Shown: positions 29,550 through 41,081 of the stretch, piece after piece
Position numbering within the stretch: the stretch's first letter is position 1
Layout of the letters: every line of letters starts with the position of its first letter
Source of the DNA: Acidisphaera sp.
Lineage (GTDB): Bacteria; Pseudomonadota; Alphaproteobacteria; Acetobacterales; Acetobacteraceae
Reading direction: 5' to 3'
Assembly: GCA_035272265.1 (NCBI GenBank)
Contig: DATEQV010000162.1
Span: 379 to 64,378 of the forward strand
DNA: 64,000 nucleotides
Program-made: the position numbers and the translations under genes
The notes under the pieces: generated by a model
Databases searched by the model: none
What the model saw: only the letters and a program-made list of their open reading frames with translations
Told to the model about the DNA's origin: nothing

Positions 29550-29660
29550 CGTCATTGCGAGGAGCAAAGCGACGAAGCAACCCAGGACCGCACGTCCGGC
29601 ATCAGTCACGCTGCTCTGGGTTGCTTCCCACCGCGCCTTCGGCTCGCGGTCGCCATGACG
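29550..29660. repeat. 111-bp RPE-like palindromic element, copy 2 (inverted relative to copy 1)
   Basis: CGTCATTGCGAG..GAAGCAACCCAG..CTGGGTTGCTTC..CATGACG; shares the GACCGCGAGCCGAAGGCG arm with 5394..5504. Confidence 0.85.
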
Positions 29661-29669
29661 GCAGTGGCT

Positions 29670-30917
29670 TCACTTGCCGACATTCCAGACCGGCGGCTGC
29701 GCGGCAATGTCGAACGGATACACCGTGTGGTACTTGCCGCCTTCGACCTGCTGGATGACCGGCGTGGCCTCGATGTTCTGCCCGGTCTCGTCGAATTTCA
29801 CCCCTTTCCACGGCACGATGAGCTGATCGCCCGGCACCTCGGTCGCCATCAATGCGGCGCGCAGCTTCTCCGGGTCGGTCGAGCCGGCGCGGTCGATCGC
29901 ATCGGCCAGCACCTGCAGGCCGGTGACCTGGCGCGCGGTGTTGTCGTTCAGGTCCTTGCCCGACTTGGCGCGATAGGCGTCGTTGACCGCCGGAATCGCG
30001 GGCCGCGCCTTCACCGCATCGAGCGCGAACGACGAGCGGCTCAACACGTTGTCGGCGAGCGGGCCGACGCCGGTGAGAAAATCCTGCTCCTGGAACCCCG
30101 CCGCCTGCGCCATGACGGCCGGCGGCGTGTAGCCGACTTCGTGCATCGAGCGCATCAGCAGGATCGCGTCGCTGGTGTAGCTGCTCGGCATCAGCACGTC
30201 GGCATTCGCACCCTTGATCTGCGCGGCCTCGGCTGAGAGCGACGGCGAGTTGGCGCGGTACTTGACGTCGGCGGCAACCGTGATGCCCGCCGCCTCGGCG
30301 AGCTTGCGCTGCACGTTGCTGCTGTCGGTGCCGAAGATGCTGTCCTCGTGGAACAGCATGACGGAGTGCACCGGATGGCCGGTCTTTTCGCCGACGGCCT
30401 TGAAGAAGTCAAACATCGCCTGGGTGAACATCACGTCGTGCGGCGAGGTGCGGAAGAACCACTTCAGCCCGCGTTGGTTCAGGCTGGGCGAGGAGTTGTC
30501 GAGCGACAGGTAGGGAATCCCGTAGCGGTCGGCGACCTGGCTGATCGTCGCGGCGGTGGCACTGGTGTAGCTGCCGATCAGGGCGACGACGTGTTCCTGC
30601 GTGATCAGGCGCTCGGCCTCGGCGCGCGCCTTCTGCGGGTCGTTCTGGTGGTCGGCGAAGATGACGCGGATCTGCGCCCCGCCCATGTGCGGCAGGCCGC
30701 CGCCCTTGCCCATCAGCATCGGGATCGGCGCGTGCGTGCCGTTGATGATGTCGACGATGGTTCCGATCGCGGCTTTCGCGTCCGTGCCGATTGGCGCCGA
30801 GTTGCCGGTCAGCGGGTAGACTGCGCCGATCACGATATCGTCGGCGGCGCGCGCCGCGGTGGTGGAAACGGCAAGCAGGAAGGCGAGCAGAAGACCGAAC
30901 AGTCGCATATGGTTCAC
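29670..30917 (-). CDS. ABC substrate-binding protein (LivK/LivJ fold)
   Basis: Signal peptide; IGAVYPLTG, AERLI..VVALIGSY.S, FFRTSP. Confidence 0.9.
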   Translation of the reverse strand: MNHMRLFGLLLAFLLAVSTTAARAADDIVIGAVYPLTGNSAPIGTDAKAAIGTIVDIINGTHAPIPMLMGKGGGLPHMGGAQIRVIFADHQNDPQKARAEAERLITQEHVVALIGSYTSATAATISQVADRYGIPYLSLDNSSPSLNQRGLKWFFRTSPHDVMFTQAMFDFFKAVGEKTGHPVHSVMLFHEDSIFGTDSSNVQRKLAEAAGITVAADVKYRANSPSLSAEAAQIKGANADVLMPSSYTSDAILLMRSMHEVGYTPPAVMAQAAGFQEQDFLTGVGPLADNVLSRSSFALDAVKARPAIPAVNDAYRAKSGKDLNDNTARQVTGLQVLADAIDRAGSTDPEKLRAALMATEVPGDQLIVPWKGVKFDETGQNIEATPVIQQVEGGKYHTVYPFDIAAQPPVWNVGK

Positions 30918-30938
30918 CCCCGACGAAGGCGGGAGTGA

Positions 30939-30954
30939 AGCACGGCGGATGCCA
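30939..30954 (-). promoter_or_regulatory. Candidate sigma54 promoter of the ABC operon
   Basis: Minus strand TGGCATCCGCCGTGCT with GG-N10-GC spacing. Confidence 0.4.
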
Positions 30955-31127
30955 CGGACAAAGCGGGCCCAGCCGTGGCCGTCCCGGCTGAGACGGGCGC
31001 GGGGGCGTCGCGCTCCTCGAAGGGACGTCGGTCAGCGGGACGGTCGGGGCTTATGTGCGAAGATGGGGCATAGCATCGGCATTCGGCAAAACACGGCGCG
31101 CGTCGAACGGTGACTTGGGATACCTTC

Positions 31128-33098
31128 ATGACGCCTGAGCATGACGAAGCGGGCGCCTTGGCGATCGCCTTCCGGCACCACCAGGAAGGGCGGCTCGCGC
31201 TGGCCGAAGCCGGATACCGCCGGGTTCTGGAGGCGGCGCCGGGAAACGTCGCGGTGATGCAGCTCCTCGCTGTGCTGTCGCACCAGGTCGGCAAGAGCGA
31301 TGTCGCGGTCACCTTGTTGCGGCAGGCGATCGCGCTCGATCCGGAGCTCGCGGCGGCGCACCGGAATCTCGGCATCGTTCTCGAAGAACGGGGCGATATC
31401 GCCGCGGCGGCTGCCTCCTATCGCCAGGCGGCGGCGCTGCGGCCGCTGGACGGCGAGGCGCATGCACATCTCGCGCGCGTGCTGATCGCCCACGGCGAAG
31501 GCAGGGAGGCGACGGCGTGCCTGCGACGCGCGGCGGAGCTGCGGCCCGACGTGCTGCCGGATGCGGGCGTGCACATCGCGCTGGGCAACCTCCTGCTGCG
31601 GCAAGGCGACGTTGAGCAGGCCGTGGCATCGTACAGGCAGGCCGTCGCCGCCGCACCGGATCTCGCCCTTGCGCACAGCAACCTCGGCAACGCGTTGCGC
31701 CGGCTTCACCGGCTGGGCGAGTCGGCGGCGTGCCTGGAGCATGCGCTCGCCCTCGACCCCTGGCTTGCCGAGGCGCACAACAATCTCGGCAACGTCTACC
31801 TGGACCAGTTTGTCCTGCCGCAGGCCGTCGCGTGCTTCGAGCGGGCGCTCGCGCTGCGGGGCGACTTCGCCGAAGCCCACGCCAACCTGGGAAACGCGCT
31901 GCAGGAACAGGGACATCACGATGACGCCGTCGCCCACTACGATGCGGCGCTGACGCTGCGTCCCGACTATCCTGAAGCACTGCTCGCCCGCGCCAATGCC
32001 CTGTGGCAGCGCGGGCGCCTGGCCGACGCGGTCGCCGGCTGCGAGCGCGCCGCGTCGCGGGCGGACGATCCGGCCGCCCCGGACATTGAGGTCGCGCGGA
32101 CCTGCCTCGCGCGTCCCAGGGCGCTCGCCCGTGCGTGGGACGACCGCGAGACCCCGACAGCGGTCGTCTCCGCGACGGGTGAAGCGGATCCTCGCCTCAG
32201 TGCAACCGACGTCCGTGCAGCCTATCGCGCTCTGTTGGGACGCGATCCGGAGAGCGACGAGGTCGTGTCGTGGCACCTCAGGCACGCGAGCGACTTGGAG
32301 GCGCTGTTAAGTTCCCTGATCGACGCCGAAGAATTCCGGTTCAGGATGACCGCAGGCGGCGGCGTGACACAGGACGCTGTGTTGCGGCTGCTTTCGCTCT
32401 TCTCGCCACGCGAGGTCGTCGGCTACGGCAAGATCCGCGTCGGCAATGAGGCAGGCGACGGCGGTTACGTGATGGTGGCGGACTTCGCCGACGTTGTCGC
32501 AGCGCTGTCCGCGGGAGTCGGGACCGATGTCTCCTGGGACCTGGAGATCAGCGGGCACGGTATCGAGGTCCACCAATTCGACCATACCGTGAGCGGTCCT
32601 CCGGTCGCGAACGAGCGTTTCCACTTCCATCGGCGCAGGATCGCGGCGCGCACGTCCGAAGACAGCGATACCGTCAAGAGAATGATCGAGCGGATTTCGA
32701 CCGCGCACGGAAAGATCCTGTTGAAAATGGATATCGAGGGCGGAGAATGGGAGGTCCTCGACGCGGCGGCGGTTGAGGACTTTGCGCGCGTGGCCCAGGC
32801 GGTCGTGGAGTTTCACGGGTTGTCGAATGTCACGAACGAGGCGTGGCGGTCGCGAGCGATGCGAACGCTCGGCAAGTTGCGTTCGGTCTTCGAGGTCGTC
32901 CACGTACACGCAAACAACTGGTCGCCCGTTCGGCTGATCGCCAATGTCCCGGTGCCGGACATGATCGAGGTCACGCTGGTGAACCGGTCGATGTATGAGT
33001 TCCGGGACTCAACGCAGGTGTTTCCGACCTCGTTGGACCGTCCCAACGACAAGCGGCGTCCCGACATCTTCCTGGGGCCTATGCGATTCGGCAGTTAG
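31128..33098 (+). CDS. TPR-repeat protein fused to an FkbM-like methyltransferase domain
   Basis: Repeated AH.NLG..L TPR units; C-terminal GDGGYV, SAGVG.DVSW, FDHT, LKMDIEGGEW, EFH, HVHANN. Confidence 0.8.
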   Translation: MTPEHDEAGALAIAFRHHQEGRLALAEAGYRRVLEAAPGNVAVMQLLAVLSHQVGKSDVAVTLLRQAIALDPELAAAHRNLGIVLEERGDIAAAAASYRQAAALRPLDGEAHAHLARVLIAHGEGREATACLRRAAELRPDVLPDAGVHIALGNLLLRQGDVEQAVASYRQAVAAAPDLALAHSNLGNALRRLHRLGESAACLEHALALDPWLAEAHNNLGNVYLDQFVLPQAVACFERALALRGDFAEAHANLGNALQEQGHHDDAVAHYDAALTLRPDYPEALLARANALWQRGRLADAVAGCERAASRADDPAAPDIEVARTCLARPRALARAWDDRETPTAVVSATGEADPRLSATDVRAAYRALLGRDPESDEVVSWHLRHASDLEALLSSLIDAEEFRFRMTAGGGVTQDAVLRLLSLFSPREVVGYGKIRVGNEAGDGGYVMVADFADVVAALSAGVGTDVSWDLEISGHGIEVHQFDHTVSGPPVANERFHFHRRRIAARTSEDSDTVKRMIERISTAHGKILLKMDIEGGEWEVLDAAAVEDFARVAQAVVEFHGLSNVTNEAWRSRAMRTLGKLRSVFEVVHVHANNWSPVRLIANVPVPDMIEVTLVNRSMYEFRDSTQVFPTSLDRPNDKRRPDIFLGPMRFGS

Positions 33099-33158
33099 CG
33101 CGGTTCCACGCGAACGGTTCAGGGCGTCACTGTCCGACCCGGCCGTCGACGCCTTGCG

Positions 33159-34886
33159 CTACTGCGCGGTGCTCGGCGCGGGCACGCGGAATACGGTGAA
33201 CGCGTCGATGAGGTCCCGCGGCCAATCAGTGGCGACGAGTGCCGCCTGCAGCGCCGGCTGCGCTCCGGGGCCTACCAGCACCCGCGTGACACGGTTCTGA
33301 TGACAGAACGCGAGCAGGTCGGCAGGAAAGTCCGGCGTCGGATCGCCCGTGATCAGCGCCTTGACGACTGGCACCGCAAACTGGCGGGGGAACGCGCCCA
33401 GGTAGCCGCCCGTCTGGGTAAAATGCATTTCGGACTGCCACTGCCACAGCATTCCCGGGCCGGTGTCGGCGAAGGGCACGATGATGACGTTGGTTCCCCG
33501 TCCCACCGCCGCGTCGAACCGCGCCGGCTCGAAGAACGGCTGGAGGGGGAGCGGCGACCACGCGACCTCGCGCGGATCCGGCACCAAGAAGAGAACGGCG
33601 ACGACGGCGAACGCATGGCGGCCGATGACCTGTCGTCTCGTCAGCCCGCCCGCCGAGAGCCAAAGCGCGGCGGCAAGCCCTGAACCGAGAGCCACATACA
33701 GCGAAAAACGGCCGGGAAGCGCGGCGTTGATCAGCGGCAAGTACGTCGCCACTGCCCAAGGCAGACGGATGTTGGTCAGTTCTCCGCCGATCCAGAGCTG
33801 CGGGCCGAGGCTGGCAACGGCAATCAGCAACGTGGCCGCCACCAGTGCCAGATGAAGGCGGTGGCGGGAACGCAGCGCGAACCACGCCACGATAACGATC
33901 AGCGGAATCCCAAGATAGGCGCCCTGTTCGGTCGCATTGCCTGTGAAGTGCAGCGCCATGGCAAACCGCACCGGCCCGGTCACGAAGGTCGGGACGACGA
34001 AGTTCAGCAGATCGCTCGAGTATTCCTGCGGCGAATGCGGAATCGCCGGCAGGTTGCGCGCCTGTCGCGCCGTCGCGAGCAGGGCCGGGAAGATGACGAC
34101 CGCGGCGAACAGGCCGGCGAGCGCGAGTTCGGGAGCCAGCTGCAGCAACTTGCGCCGAAGTTCAGCGTGGGCTGCGATCGCGAAGACCGCCCACGTCGTC
34201 GCACCGAACACGCACAGCGTGGCGAAAACCTCGCTCGACAAGCCGAACTGCAACAGCAGCACGACGGCCATCCATGCCACGAATCCGCGTCGCGGGAGCT
34301 CGTCCTGAACGCGCCTGACAGCGAGGAGCGCCACCAGGGGCACGAGAAAGATCTGGTTGAGATTGAGGTGTCCGAGCAACTGCCCGAACTCGTAAGGCGA
34401 AAACCCGAACACGAAGCCGCAAAACAAGGAGGCCGGGACCCGGCATTTGAGCTGCCGCGCAAGCAGGTATGCCGACCATGCTGCGAGCGGCGGTCCCGAC
34501 AGCGACAGGATGTTGAAGGAGGCGGCGGCGCCGGCCAGCAACGTGATCGGCAATGACAGCAGCGAGGCGGTCGGGACCGACGTCGCCCATAGCATCGGGA
34601 ATCCGACCGGATGCCACACCAACTTGCTGACGAGCGGATCGACACCGTGTGAGACCGCCCACGGCCACCAGGACAGATCCCAGATGAAGCTTTCAGCATC
34701 GGGACCGCCGGCGATCACATGCGTCTGGATGTTCCGGTCCGGGTGAAGCAAGACCAGCCCCAGCAGCACGTAGCCGGCAAGGACGGCGGGCGACGACGTT
34801 CGTTCCACCAGGCCAAAGGAGCGCCGCTGCGGACGTGTCGCCACCGGAACCGCCGAAGCGTGCGTCACGGATCCGGGCAGCAGCAA
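33159..34886 (-). CDS. Polytopic membrane protein, GT-C/YfhO-like glycosyltransferase candidate
   Basis: Many TM segments; D...FIW...W early loop, FGFSPY..GHLNL, PGRF, GGY; start uncertain. Confidence 0.6.
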   Translation of the reverse strand: MLLPGSVTHASAVPVATRPQRRSFGLVERTSSPAVLAGYVLLGLVLLHPDRNIQTHVIAGGPDAESFIWDLSWWPWAVSHGVDPLVSKLVWHPVGFPMLWATSVPTASLLSLPITLLAGAAASFNILSLSGPPLAAWSAYLLARQLKCRVPASLFCGFVFGFSPYEFGQLLGHLNLNQIFLVPLVALLAVRRVQDELPRRGFVAWMAVVLLLQFGLSSEVFATLCVFGATTWAVFAIAAHAELRRKLLQLAPELALAGLFAAVVIFPALLATARQARNLPAIPHSPQEYSSDLLNFVVPTFVTGPVRFAMALHFTGNATEQGAYLGIPLIVIVAWFALRSRHRLHLALVAATLLIAVASLGPQLWIGGELTNIRLPWAVATYLPLINAALPGRFSLYVALGSGLAAALWLSAGGLTRRQVIGRHAFAVVAVLFLVPDPREVAWSPLPLQPFFEPARFDAAVGRGTNVIIVPFADTGPGMLWQWQSEMHFTQTGGYLGAFPRQFAVPVVKALITGDPTPDFPADLLAFCHQNRVTRVLVGPGAQPALQAALVATDWPRDLIDAFTVFRVPAPSTAQ

Positions 34887-34914
34887 GCGAGGCGTAGAGC
34901 CACCGCTGAGCGGA

Positions 34915-34991
34915 TGGGGCGAGCGATGGGACTCGAACCCACGGCATCCAAGACCACAACCTGGCGCTCTACCAACTGAGCTACGCCCGCC
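34915..34991 (-). tRNA. tRNA-His (GUG)
   Basis: G-GCGGGCG..GCTCAGTTGGTAGAGC..CCAGG-TT-GTG-GT-CTTGG..GGTTCGAGT..CGCTCGC-C-CCA; G-1, C73 and CCA all encoded. Confidence 0.97.
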
Positions 34992-35016
34992 ATCCGAGGC
35001 GCGCGGTGTAGGGCCC

Positions 35017-36839
<1,823 letters not shown>

Positions 36840-36888
36840 GCCGACGGCCCCTCTTCCCGGCCTGCCCCGCCCGAGCCGCGACACATCG

Positions 36889-36904
36889 CGGCACGGATTT
36901 GGCT
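36889..36904 (+). promoter_or_regulatory. Candidate sigma54 promoter between glnB and glnA
   Basis: CGGCACGGATTTGGCT with GG-N10-GC spacing. Confidence 0.45.
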
Positions 36905-37030
36905 ACACCCGGACTATGCCCCCGCCCGGCCACGGGCTAAGGGGCCGTATCCATCGACCGGGCGCGTGGGGCGCCCGGCGGATCGGCGCAGCCATTTCGC
37001 GCCGGATGACTGATTGAGGAAGGGACACGC

Positions 37031-38446
37031 ATGGCTAACAAGGACGTCGGCAAAGTGATGGAGATGATGAAAGAGCACTCCGTCGAGTACGTGGACCTCC
37101 GTTTCACCGACCCGCGCGGGAAGTGGCAGCACACCGCACAGACCGCCTCGACGATCGATGAGGACGCGTTCCGCGACGGCATCTTCTTCGACGGCTCCTC
37201 GATCGCCGGCTGGAAGGCGATCAACGAGAGCGACATGATCCTGATGCCGGATCCCGAGACGGCGGTCATGGACCCGTTCGCGGCCAAGCCGAGCCTGGTC
37301 CTGATCTGCGACATCATGGAGCCGTCGACCGGTCAGGGCTATGTGCGCGACCCGCGCGGCACCGCCAAGCGCTGCGAGCAGTACGTCAAGTCCACCGGGA
37401 TCGGCGACACCATCCTGGTCGGCGCCGAGGCCGAGTTTTTCATCTTCGACAGCGTCCGCTACGGCACCGGCGGCAACTACGCCATGTTCCAGTGCGACAG
37501 CATCGAAGGCCCCGGCTCGTCGATGAAGGACTATCCCGAGGGCAACATGGGCCACCGCCCGGCGGTGAAGGGCGGCTACTTCCCCGTGCCGCCGGTCGAC
37601 GGCGATTCCGATCTGCGTGCCGAGATGCTGTCGACGATGGGCGAGATGGGCCTGTTGATCGAGAAGCATCACCACGAGGTGGCGCAGTCCCAGCACGAGC
37701 TGGGCTTCCGCTTCGGTCCGCTGACCAAGCTCGCCGACCACATGCAGATCTACAAGTACTGCATCCACAACGTCGCGCACAGCTACGGCAAGACCGCGAC
37801 GTTCATGCCCAAGCCGATCTACGGCGACAACGGCTCGGGGATGCACACGCACCAGTCGATCTGGAAGGAAGGCAAGCCGCTGTTCGCGGGCAATGGCTAT
37901 TCCGACCTGTCGGAGATGTGCATTTATTACATCGGCGGCGTGATCAAGCACGCCAAGGCGCTGAACGCGTTCACCAATGCGTCGACCAACAGCTACAAGC
38001 GCCTGATTCCCGGCTTCGAGGCGCCGGTGCTGCTCGCCTACTCCGCGCGCAACCGCTCGGCGTCCTGCCGCATCCCGTACACGACCAGCCCGAAGGGCAA
38101 GCGCGTGGAGGTCCGCTTCCCGGACGCCACGGCCAACCCGTACCTCGCCTTCGCGGCGCTGGCGATGGCCGGCCTGGACGGGATCAAGAACAAGATCCAC
38201 CCCGGGGACCCGATGGACAAGGACCTCTACGACCTGCCTCCCGAGGAACTGAAGGGCATCCCGACGGTGTGCGGGAGCCTGCGCGAGGCGCTCGGCTGCC
38301 TCGAGGCCGACCACGAGTTCCTGCTCGCCGGCGACGTGTTCAGCCGCGACCAGATCGAGAGCTACATCGAACTGAAGTGGACAGAGATTTACCGCTTCGA
38401 GCACACCCCGCATCCCGTCGAGTTCGAGATGTACTACTCGGTCTGA
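37031..38446 (+). CDS. glnA: Glutamine synthetase type I
   Basis: [39 protein letters not shown] adenylylation site. Confidence 0.98.
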   Translation: MANKDVGKVMEMMKEHSVEYVDLRFTDPRGKWQHTAQTASTIDEDAFRDGIFFDGSSIAGWKAINESDMILMPDPETAVMDPFAAKPSLVLICDIMEPSTGQGYVRDPRGTAKRCEQYVKSTGIGDTILVGAEAEFFIFDSVRYGTGGNYAMFQCDSIEGPGSSMKDYPEGNMGHRPAVKGGYFPVPPVDGDSDLRAEMLSTMGEMGLLIEKHHHEVAQSQHELGFRFGPLTKLADHMQIYKYCIHNVAHSYGKTATFMPKPIYGDNGSGMHTHQSIWKEGKPLFAGNGYSDLSEMCIYYIGGVIKHAKALNAFTNASTNSYKRLIPGFEAPVLLAYSARNRSASCRIPYTTSPKGKRVEVRFPDATANPYLAFAALAMAGLDGIKNKIHPGDPMDKDLYDLPPEELKGIPTVCGSLREALGCLEADHEFLLAGDVFSRDQIESYIELKWTEIYRFEHTPHPVEFEMYYSV

Positions 38447-38461
38447 CGGGCTGATCCGGCC

Positions 38462-38492
<31 letters not shown>

Positions 38493-38511
38493 GACAACGC
38501 GGTTGATCGAA

Positions 38512-38539
38512 CGGGCCGGGGGCGCAAGCCTCCGGCCCG
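38512..38539 (+). terminator. Hairpin downstream of glnA
   Basis: CGGGCCGGGGGC-GCAA-GCCTCCGGCCCG; weak U-tract. Confidence 0.6.
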
Positions 38540-38632
38540 AATCGTTTGGCGCATCAGCGTCTTCGCCTTTATAGCTGCATCTCCGCCTGAACGCCGGCCC
38601 GCCTTCCGGGGCGGCATGTGGAGCCATTGCCG

Positions 38633-41056
38633 ATGCCCGCCGCCGTGCGCCAAGCGACCGCGCCCCGCAGCTTCGTCTCGCCGGCATTGAAGGCGGCCGC
38701 AGGGCGGCATGCGGCCGAGTTGTCGGGGCTCGGGTTCGCGCTCGCCGGACTCGGGCTGATGCTGGCGCTGGCGACCTACGATCCGAAGGACCCGTCGCTC
38801 GACACCGCCTCGGCCGGGGCGACGGCGAACATCGCCGGCCCGGTCGGCGCGCTGCTCGCCGACTCGCTGCTGCAAGGCTTCGGGTTGGCGGCGGGGTTGC
38901 CGGGTGTGGCGATGCTGGCCTGGGCGTGGCGGCTGGCGTCGCACCGGGGGCTCGGCAGCCTCGGCGTGCGGGCGTTCTCCGTGATCTTCGCAGTGCCGGT
39001 GCTCGCCGCCGCGTGCGCGCTCGGCGGGTCGGCGGTGCCGTGGCCGACCGGCGCCGGGCTGGGCGGGGCGATGGGCATGGTGCTCGCCCTGACGCTGCGC
39101 TCGGCGGGGCACGACATGCTCGGGCCGTTCGGCGATCTGGCCGCGGCGGCGCTGACCTGCCTGCTGGCGTTCGTTCTGACGCTGCTGGCACTCGGACTTT
39201 CCGGCGCGGAGTGGCGCGGCATCGGCCGTGGCGTGGCCGGGCTGGCGCGGTGGTTCGTGATGGGCGGCCGCGGTGCGGCCGGCCTCGCGGCCGGGGTCGG
39301 GGCGCTGCTGCACGCCGCGCCGCGGCGGCGCACGCGCACGCAAGAGCCGGAGCCGGCCGAGGCGCCGCCCGCCGACACGCCGGTGCGCCGCGAGCCGCGC
39401 GCGATCATGCCGATCACGCGGACCGCGCCGCCGCCCGACCAGGTGCCGGAAGCCACGACGCGGCTGCGCCAGAACGCGCCGGCCAAGCGTGGCGCGCCGA
39501 AGCAGGAGAGCCTGCCGCTGCCCGAGGTGGGATGGCGCTTCCCGTCGCTGTCGCTGCTGCACGCGCCGCCGGCGCGGGCGGCGCAAGGGCCGACGCGAGA
39601 GGCGCTGGAGGCGAACGCAAGGCTGCTGGAGACGGTGCTGGCGGACTACGGCGTGCAGGGCGCGATCGTCGAGATCCGCCCCGGCCCGGTGGTGACGCTG
39701 TACGAGCTGGAGCCGGCGCCGGGCATCCGCAGCGCGCGCGTGATCGGGCTGGCCGACGACATCGCGCGCAGCCTGTCGGTCACCGCCGTGCGCATCGCGA
39801 CCGTGCCGGGCCGCAACGTGATCGGCATCGAGCTGCCGAACGCCAAGCGCGAGACGGTCTATCTCGCCGAGCTGCTGTCCACCGAGGAGTGGCAGAAGCA
39901 TGCCGGCAAGCTGACGCTCGCACTCGGCAAGGACATCGGCGGCGCGCCGGTGCTGACCGACCTGTCGCGCATGCCGCACCTGATGATCGCGGGCACCACC
40001 GGCTCGGGCAAGTCGGTCGGCGTGAACGCGATGATCCTGTCGCTGCTGTGCCGGCTGTCGCCCGACCAGTGCCGGCTGATCCTGATCGACCCGAAGATGC
40101 TGGAGCTGTCGTCTTACGAGGGCATCCCGCATCTGATGGCGCCGGTGGTGACGGAGCCGGCCAAGGCCGTGACGGCTCTGAAATGGACCGTGCGCGAGAT
40201 GGAGCGGCGCTACCGGGCGATGAGCCAGTTGGGCGTGCGCAACATCGGCGGCTACAACGACCGCGTGGCCGAGGCGCGCGCCAAGGGCGAGGTGGTGACG
40301 CGCCGCGTTCAGACCGGCTTCGATCCGGACACCGGACGCCCGACCTTCGAGGAACAGCCGCTGGCGCTCGAGACGCTGCCGTTCATCGTGGTGGTGGTCG
40401 ACGAGATGGCCGATCTGATGATGGTCGCGGGCAAGGAGATCGAGGCGGCGGTGCAGCGGCTGGCGCAGATGGCGCGCGCGGCGGGCATTCACGTCATCAT
40501 GGCGACGCAGCGGCCGTCGGTGGACGTCATCACCGGCACGATCAAGGCGAACTTCCCGACGCGCATCAGCTTCCAGGTGATCAGCAAGTTCGACAGCCGC
40601 ACCATCCTCGGCGAGCAGGGTGCGGAGCAGCTGCTGGGTCAGGGCGACATGCTGTACATGGCCGGCGGCGGGCGGATCACGCGCGTGCACGGGCCGTTCG
40701 TCTCCGACCGCGAGGTCGAGGACGTGGTGGCGTTCCTGCGCGAGCAGGGCGAGCCCGCCTATGTCGAGGACGTCACGGAGCCGGCGGACGAGGAGGGCAA
40801 CGGCGGCACCGGTCCGCTGCCGGGGATCGCCGGCGCGTCGGACGGCGAGAAGGGTCTGTTCGATGAGGCCGTGGCGGTGGTGGCGCGGGAGGGCAAGGCG
40901 AGCACCAGCTTTCTGCAGCGCCATCTGGCGATCGGCTACAACCGCGCGGCCAAGCTGATCGAGCAGATGGAAAAGGAAGGCATCGTCGGCCCCGCCAACC
41001 ATGTCGGCCGCCGCGAGGTGCTGGTGCGGCGGACGCGGGACGACGACGAGGAGTGA
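38633..41056 (+). CDS. ftsK: DNA translocase FtsK
   Basis: N-terminal TM domain; PHLMIAGTTGSGKS, IDPKMLEL, DEMADLM, ATQRPSVDV; gamma domain IGYNRAA. Confidence 0.97.
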   Translation: MPAAVRQATAPRSFVSPALKAAAGRHAAELSGLGFALAGLGLMLALATYDPKDPSLDTASAGATANIAGPVGALLADSLLQGFGLAAGLPGVAMLAWAWRLASHRGLGSLGVRAFSVIFAVPVLAAACALGGSAVPWPTGAGLGGAMGMVLALTLRSAGHDMLGPFGDLAAAALTCLLAFVLTLLALGLSGAEWRGIGRGVAGLARWFVMGGRGAAGLAAGVGALLHAAPRRRTRTQEPEPAEAPPADTPVRREPRAIMPITRTAPPPDQVPEATTRLRQNAPAKRGAPKQESLPLPEVGWRFPSLSLLHAPPARAAQGPTREALEANARLLETVLADYGVQGAIVEIRPGPVVTLYELEPAPGIRSARVIGLADDIARSLSVTAVRIATVPGRNVIGIELPNAKRETVYLAELLSTEEWQKHAGKLTLALGKDIGGAPVLTDLSRMPHLMIAGTTGSGKSVGVNAMILSLLCRLSPDQCRLILIDPKMLELSSYEGIPHLMAPVVTEPAKAVTALKWTVREMERRYRAMSQLGVRNIGGYNDRVAEARAKGEVVTRRVQTGFDPDTGRPTFEEQPLALETLPFIVVVVDEMADLMMVAGKEIEAAVQRLAQMARAAGIHVIMATQRPSVDVITGTIKANFPTRISFQVISKFDSRTILGEQGAEQLLGQGDMLYMAGGGRITRVHGPFVSDREVEDVVAFLREQGEPAYVEDVTEPADEEGNGGTGPLPGIAGASDGEKGLFDEAVAVVAREGKASTSFLQRHLAIGYNRAAKLIEQMEKEGIVGPANHVGRREVLVRRTRDDDEE

Positions 41057-41081
41057 GACCGGGACGCGCGGATCGACGGTC

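Noticed and set aside
31062..31069. att-like repeat of the tRNA-His 3' end (GATGGGGC)
   Set aside because: Only 8 bp match, which is expected by chance, and no integrase is present.
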